64,000 bases of DNA from Entomortierella parvispora E1425. Taxonomy: Eukaryota > Fungi > Mortierellomycota. The notes beneath the pieces were generated by a model, which saw nothing but the letters and a program-made list of their open reading frames with translations, was not told the DNA's origin and did not search any database. The stretch is taken from contig BQFW01000014.1 of the NCBI GenBank assembly GCA_020891255.1, positions 1,550,001 to 1,614,000 on the forward strand, read 5' to 3'. The stretch's first letter is position 1. Every line of letters begins with the position of its first letter. The position numbers and the translations under genes were made by a program. Below, piece after piece: positions 63,640-64,000 of the stretch.

Positions 63640-64000
63640 TTTTTTTTTGGTTCTGCAGCAAGGAGGTGGAAGGAGAAGTCCTTTTCTTTCTATTTTCTTT
63701 ATATACTTCCTCTTTCTCAGCGCATCCTGCTTAGCGTTGCGGCAGGGAGGCGGAAAGAGAAGTCTTTTTCTTTTTCGTATTCTCATTTGAGTGCTTCCTC
63801 TTTCTCAGCGCATCCTGCTTGGCGTTGCGGCAGGGAGGCGGAAGGAGAAGTCTCTTTCTTTCTATTTTCTTTATGTACAGTACTTCCTCGTTCTCAGCGC
63901 ATCCTGCTTGGCGTTGCGGCAGGGAGGCGGAAGGAGAAGTCTCTTTCTTTCTATTTTCTTTATGTACAGTACTTCCTCGTTCTCAGCGCATCCTGCTTGG
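63640..64000. repeat. Tandem array of 88-89 bp units, continuing beyond the window
   Basis: ctcagcgcatcctgc recurs at 63716, 63804, 63893 and 63982; the last units are identical and the first is degenerate. Confidence 0.92.

Noticed and set aside
63496-63790. ORFs at the right end of the window
   Set aside because: Derived from the 89-bp tandem repeat and poly-T runs.

Overview
Eukaryotic, intron-containing fungal DNA. Short GT-AG introns, long poly-A/T tracts and the gene content suggest an early-diverging fungus such as Mortierellaceae (inference). 1-7.1 kb: cluster of four intronless P-loop GTPase genes (three paralogues plus one AIG1/GIMAP-like gene) and a possible remnant. 7.3-16.2 kb: a UIM/UBZ/RGG protein, a phosphatidylserine decarboxylase and an orphan 7-TM protein. 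17.3-44.0 kb: a tandem segmental duplication. Each unit carries two half-size ABCA transporter genes on opposite strands, one resembling the N-terminal half and the other the C-terminal half of a full-size ABCA. Unit 2 also holds a GT17 glycosyltransferase, glyoxylate reductase, a divergent UBC4-like E2 (HPN to HPA), SDO1, COQ4 and SFM1; unit 1 keeps only a glyoxylate reductase remnant. 45-60 kb: ERG11/CYP51, an intact Mutator-like transposase, USP48-like protease and kinesin-5. 60.4-63.4 kb: convergent tRNA-His and tRNA-Phe genes, each with a copy of the same MITE 54-87 bp downstream, same end facing the tRNA and each with its own 9-10 bp target-site duplication. An 88-89 bp tandem array runs off the window end. 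Top candidates: the apparent tRNA-downstream-targeted MITE and the split ABCA pair. Gene models and alignments were done by eye; no searches were run.
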